A stretch of 64,000 nt of DNA from an uncultured Candidatus Saccharibacteria bacterium (GTDB taxonomy: Bacteria; Patescibacteriota; Doudnabacteria; UBA920). The notes under the pieces were generated by a model that saw only the letters and a program-made list of their open reading frames with translations, did no database searches and had not been told where the DNA came from. The position numbers and the translations under genes are program-made. The DNA lies in contig CAZHIA010000001.1 of NCBI GenBank assembly GCA_964532425.1, positions 201,481 to 265,480 on the forward strand, written 5' to 3'. Below, piece after piece: positions 60,262 through 64,000 of the stretch. Numbering within the stretch: position 1 is the stretch's first letter; every line of letters starts with the position of its first letter.

Positions 60262-60305
60262 ATTATTCTACAAAAAACTGCATATGCAGTTTTTTGTAGA
60301 ATAAT
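60262..60305. repeat. 44-bp perfect palindrome (CTGCATATGCAG family)
   Basis: attattctacaaaaaactgcatatgcagttttttgtagaataat between convergent genes. Confidence 0.9.
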
Positions 60306-60362
60306 GAACTGATAAATAATAACCGCTCCGAGAAGCTCGGAGCGGTTTTGTGTTTGGCGTGA

Positions 60363-60944
60363 CTACTTGGTGTTTAAGGGTGAGGCGCGGAAGGCGCGGG
60401 ACCTGCTGGCGATATAATAAATCTCATCCGCAGCATCGATGCAGAACATGGCGATGAGCTCGGCAACCATCATTACTACGACGCCCAGTACAGCCGCGAA
60501 CAGTCCTGCACCTATGGTAGCGAACCAGTCCGTTTTGGACATGTAGCAAAGGACAGCCGGAACCCCAGCCCATATACCGCCGATGGTAAGTGAACCGTAA
60601 TAGACGAGCCTATCCGCATTGTAATCGCCGCCGCACAAGGAATAAATCAGGCCCATGAGTTCATCCCGTTCCGAGATGTAAAGGGAAACAGCTATGAACC
60701 ACAGACCCCACAAGAAAGAGCGCGACAGCCAGACGGCAACCGGCCAGGGGACATGGGAGGAAACCCATAACCCAGCAGACAAAGCCACCAGCCCGGCAAT
60801 GCCCATCACGACCAACAGCCTGAATACCTCAAGAGCACACTCCTTTTTAGTCACAAAGCCTCCTATGGTTTGAGTGTGGTGAGTATACCAAAAGCCGATG
60901 TCTGGAGCAATCCCCAGAAGGCTGCCTTCTGGGGTACAATGCAT
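60363..60944 (-). CDS. Hypothetical multi-pass membrane protein
   Basis: About four TM helices; true start probably the GTG near 60854 after AGGAGG. Confidence 0.6.
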   Translation of the reverse strand: MHCTPEGSLLGIAPDIGFWYTHHTQTIGGFVTKKECALEVFRLLVVMGIAGLVALSAGLWVSSHVPWPVAVWLSRSFLWGLWFIAVSLYISERDELMGLIYSLCGGDYNADRLVYYGSLTIGGIWAGVPAVLCYMSKTDWFATIGAGLFAAVLGVVVMMVAELIAMFCIDAADEIYYIASRSRAFRASPLNTK

Positions 60945-61176
60945 GTACCTAGAGCAATATCGTAAAGGGGTGAGTAACCATTATATAAGCCTTGACGTCA
61001 TAAGGTTTTTCTGTTACTATGCGAGGTCTTTTCCGCGAGGAAGAGACGGGGCAAACCTTCCCTTGCAAAGCAAAAAAGGATGCAGGAGGAAATCGTAGTA
61101 AAAAGGACGCACAATCCTTGCAGTGCCAAAGAAGTGCATATACCGCTCGACTTTTCTAGAAGAAAGGAAGAAAACA

Positions 61177-61938
61177 ATGTCTTTGGATATCAGCAAACTC
61201 CCGGAAAAAACCACGCCCGAGAAGGCAATCTTCTGGCGTGGAGACGAAGGATTCCTGTTCGGCACGCTGTACGTTTGCCCGCAAGCAGACGGCATGCTGG
61301 TCCGAAAGGAATTCACCGAGACTCACAAGGACGTGACTTCCACTGTCATGGCCCACGGGGAAGGCTTAACTCTCCCTAAGGGCTGGGAAGTGGACACGAT
61401 GTGGTATGACGATGAGTATCGGGTTGCCAACTGGGTGAGTTACACCATTCGAGTGAGGCACCAACTGCGCCAGCTGCAACGCGGTGGCGGCATTCCAAAA
61501 GAGGTGGGCTACCTGGTTGCTGGAAATCTGCAGCTCGGTGAAGCCTTCAACTTCCGTAACTTCCGCAATTACGTCTACGGCCAGGATCTTAAGTACCTGC
61601 CGTTCGTCATTGGACCCGAGCACTTCCGGTTCAACATCTTCAATCCAACGCCGGAGCGGGTGCAAAAGGGCCTGGAGGATTTCAAAACTCTCTTGGACAA
61701 ACTTGAGGGGTTGATTTTCTTCCTTCCCGAAGTGCTTGCTGACGTGTATGCGGTGGTGCGGCTGGATGAGGTGAAAAACGCGAGTCCGCTTATCCCGCAC
61801 GCGAAGTCCGAAGTCGAGTTGCGTCTGAAAGACTCGCTCCAGCCTTACAGTAAGGAGTTCGGATACCTCTACAAGGACCTGCCGGGACCGCAAGACGTGA
61901 AGGTGTTTGACTACGATATGTTTGCAGCAAAAAAGTAG
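61177..61938 (+). CDS. Hypothetical protein
   Basis: Start MSLDISK; TTGACG-17-TACTAT promoter at 60992-61020; terminator at ~61953. Confidence 0.7.
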   Translation: MSLDISKLPEKTTPEKAIFWRGDEGFLFGTLYVCPQADGMLVRKEFTETHKDVTSTVMAHGEGLTLPKGWEVDTMWYDDEYRVANWVSYTIRVRHQLRQLQRGGGIPKEVGYLVAGNLQLGEAFNFRNFRNYVYGQDLKYLPFVIGPEHFRFNIFNPTPERVQKGLEDFKTLLDKLEGLIFFLPEVLADVYAVVRLDEVKNASPLIPHAKSEVELRLKDSLQPYSKEFGYLYKDLPGPQDVKVFDYDMFAAKK

Positions 61939-62103
61939 CTGCAACTAACGACCCCGCCCGGGCGCACGTCTGGGCGGGGATTTATTAATGAGTGTGCAAA
62001 TAAGGTAGCTCATTCTATTGACGGTCTATTTTAAATATGCTTTAATACGAGGTCGTTGGTTGTAGAAACTGTAATTCCAGAACATCAATTTAAAGGAGTG
62101 AAT

Positions 62104-62385
62104 ATGGGTTCCATAACCTATACACCGCCTCCGGCCACGCTTTCATGGTGGCGCTGGCTGCTGGCCCGCTTGCCGCGGTTTTGCAAGTACTGCGGAAAAC
62201 ACTACGTACGAATCAGCGGCGGTCCCGAACGCTTTAACCCGTTCGTGCCGCTCGGCGAAAACGGACGCGGCTGTCCGGACGGCCACGAAGGCTACTTGGA
62301 CGCTTTCCACGGCTACTTCATAGAGCGAACACACGTGGACAACGTCAAATCGCAATCTGTGTCGACACTCACAGACACTGCCTAA
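62104..62385 (+). CDS. Small putative Zn-binding protein
   Basis: CKYCG...CPDGH; AAGGAG RBS. Confidence 0.6.
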   Translation: MGSITYTPPPATLSWWRWLLARLPRFCKYCGKHYVRISGGPERFNPFVPLGENGRGCPDGHEGYLDAFHGYFIERTHVDNVKSQSVSTLTDTA

Positions 62386-62516
62386 CAAAGCGAACTCGCA
62401 CCAAGACCCAGCGAGTCTAAACAAGGGTCTTAATTTTTTTTATGAACACTCCACCCGGGAAGTGTTATAATGCATTTACAGCATGTACGTGCGGAATTTA
62501 AGGCTAACATTTAAAT

Positions 62517-62912
62517 ATGGGTAATCAACTTCCTGAAAATGTAATCATAGGAACCATCGGTGAGATTTTAGTGCAACTTCGCCTATTGGAATACGGAATC
62601 CAGGCGGCTCCGCCCATTAAAGATTCTGGAAATGATCTTATCGCAATCAAAGGCGAGGTTGCAAGATATCTTCAAGTAAAAACTACCACTATAGAACGGT
62701 TTACAAATTTGCACTTCCCTGAAATCTATCATATAGCTGCTTTTGTGAACTTGAAACTAGACGAGCAACAAAGGGTTTTGCTCGACCAATCAACAATCTA
62801 TCTGCTCACCAAGAGTGAAATTGCAAGCAGATCCTCTTACACAGTAAGTGATTTGGAGCTTAATCAGTACCAACTCAACGCACAGAATCTTGACAGACTG
62901 TTTTCAAATTAA
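62517..62912 (+). CDS. PD-(D/E)xK-like nuclease-fold protein
   Basis: GTIGE...L...G, DLIAIKG, LQVKT. Confidence 0.7.
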   Translation: MGNQLPENVIIGTIGEILVQLRLLEYGIQAAPPIKDSGNDLIAIKGEVARYLQVKTTTIERFTNLHFPEIYHIAAFVNLKLDEQQRVLLDQSTIYLLTKSEIASRSSYTVSDLELNQYQLNAQNLDRLFSN

Positions 62913-62995
62913 ATGAAGCAATCTGTAAGATCAAAACGTAGATTATCTTTATATACTTATTGCCCTTGGGGTTTTTATGAGTCTTAACACAATTT

Positions 62996-63694
62996 ATGAA
63001 CAGAGATCATTTTGAAAGGCGACCCGAACAAGAACTTCCTGGGAAGCACATGGATGACATTCTTGCGGAATTGGCTGCTACGGATTTTCGAGGTCGGAAT
63101 TTTGCCGAGTATCAAATCCAGAGACCGGTACAAGCGGATCATGTAAAGGCAGCCTTACATTTACCTTTCGAGATCGCGATAACCGAACTGGATAACGAGC
63201 TCATCCTGACGACTCATTCTTCCGAGGTTCGGTCAACCGGTTCGGATTACATCAATAGGCAATTGAATTCAAGGCTGTCATTCCACACCCACAACGATAG
63301 GCGCGACGGTATAATTGTTGACACACCTTCATTTCAGGATATTGTCGTGGCCACCGCTACGAGTAACCGGACGAAACAACTCGTAGCCCACGCGACTGGC
63401 ATTACGTACTTTGGTCACATGACGAAGCATCCGGTTACGGGCGAAGACTTGTCCAGATTACAGAAAAGCGTAGGTGAAATATTTAATGAGTATCAAAGAT
63501 ATATTGGAGCGGTACTTCATAGGAACTGGGTAACAAAAGCACGGCCATTCATAACAGAAAAATATTCCTTAGCGGAAAGAACTCAACTTGCAAAAGATTT
63601 CATTAAAAAATCAGGTATGTTAATAGCCGAGGCTGCTTGGGAGGATGTAGAGAATATAAATAAATTCATGAGAATTATAAATCTTGAAGAATAA
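62996..63694 (+). CDS. Hypothetical protein with a JAB/MPN-like HxH...PSxxD motif
   Basis: E...SFHTHN...TPSFQD. Confidence 0.55.
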   Translation: MNRDHFERRPEQELPGKHMDDILAELAATDFRGRNFAEYQIQRPVQADHVKAALHLPFEIAITELDNELILTTHSSEVRSTGSDYINRQLNSRLSFHTHNDRRDGIIVDTPSFQDIVVATATSNRTKQLVAHATGITYFGHMTKHPVTGEDLSRLQKSVGEIFNEYQRYIGAVLHRNWVTKARPFITEKYSLAERTQLAKDFIKKSGMLIAEAAWEDVENINKFMRIINLEE

Positions 63695-63699
63695 ATTAT

Positions 63700-64000
63700 A
63701 TGAAGAATTTTAGCGAAGGTGCGGAGCGCCACGAGGAGGTGCGCGATTATATTCAAACGTTCGACGAATTGCGCGCCCTGGGAAAAGTGGGATTTGAGGG
63801 CGGGGAGCGGGTAACGTTCCAGCCGTACGGGCGATACGAAGAGGGCAGACAGGAAGGCGTAGTGCGGTTGTGGGAAGAAGCCCCGGATGTTATTCAAATA
63901 AAATTTATGGGCAGCAAGGCCGGAGTGCCGTATCCGGACGATGAGCGGGTAACGCGGGAGCAGTTCGAGGCCAGGAAAGACATTTGGAAAATCCGGAAAG
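63700..64000 (+). CDS. Hypothetical protein, 3'-truncated by the window end
   Basis: Open frame MKNFSEGAERHEEVRDY... continuing to the edge. Confidence 0.55.
   Translation, partial: MKNFSEGAERHEEVRDYIQTFDELRALGKVGFEGGERVTFQPYGRYEEGRQEGVVRLWEEAPDVIQIKFMGSKAGVPYPDDERVTREQFEARKDIWKIRK

Noticed and set aside
61021-61140. c-di-GMP-I riboswitch suggested by gggcaaacc and hairpins
   Set aside because: Lacks the GNRA-capped P2 and the downstream GACGCAAAGC/P3 pattern
27980-62400. Integron cassette array or prophage
   Set aside because: No integrase, no recurring attC pattern, mixed orientation with individual promoters, and no capsid, terminase or tail genes

Overview
The window looks like a Patescibacteria/CPR-type bacterial chromosome segment. 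This is inferred from the CPR-style VirD4-like ATPase, the TMTC-like glycosyltransferase, a PaaX/Cas2-like protein, a long tmRNA tag, short palindromic repeat families and many ORFans. The first ~34 kb holds transport, stress and signalling genes: two MFS transporters, sdpRI, KGG peptides, a glycoside hydrolase, an HtrA-like protease, a PAS-GGDEF-EAL protein, Clp-like and VirD4-like ATPases, an AEC transporter and a Zn-dependent dehydrogenase. It also holds a cobalamin riboswitch interrupted by repeat insertions and a 166-bp MITE. From ~28 kb to 64 kb the DNA is mostly small unknown genes, many with their own consensus sigma70 promoter and terminator, plus ssrA (tmRNA), a GIY-YIG nuclease, tandem STAS proteins and an AT-rich island (KAP-like NTPase, immunity-like and HEPN-like genes) bracketed by 34-bp direct repeats. 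The best candidate for a new system is a wHTH plus Cas2-like (PaaX-like) gene bracketed by CTGCATATGCAG-cored palindromes. One fills the 17-bp spacer of its own predicted promoter, and three further ~44-bp copies are dispersed over 17 kb with no cas1 or CRISPR array. All family assignments come from motif recognition by eye; no searches were run.
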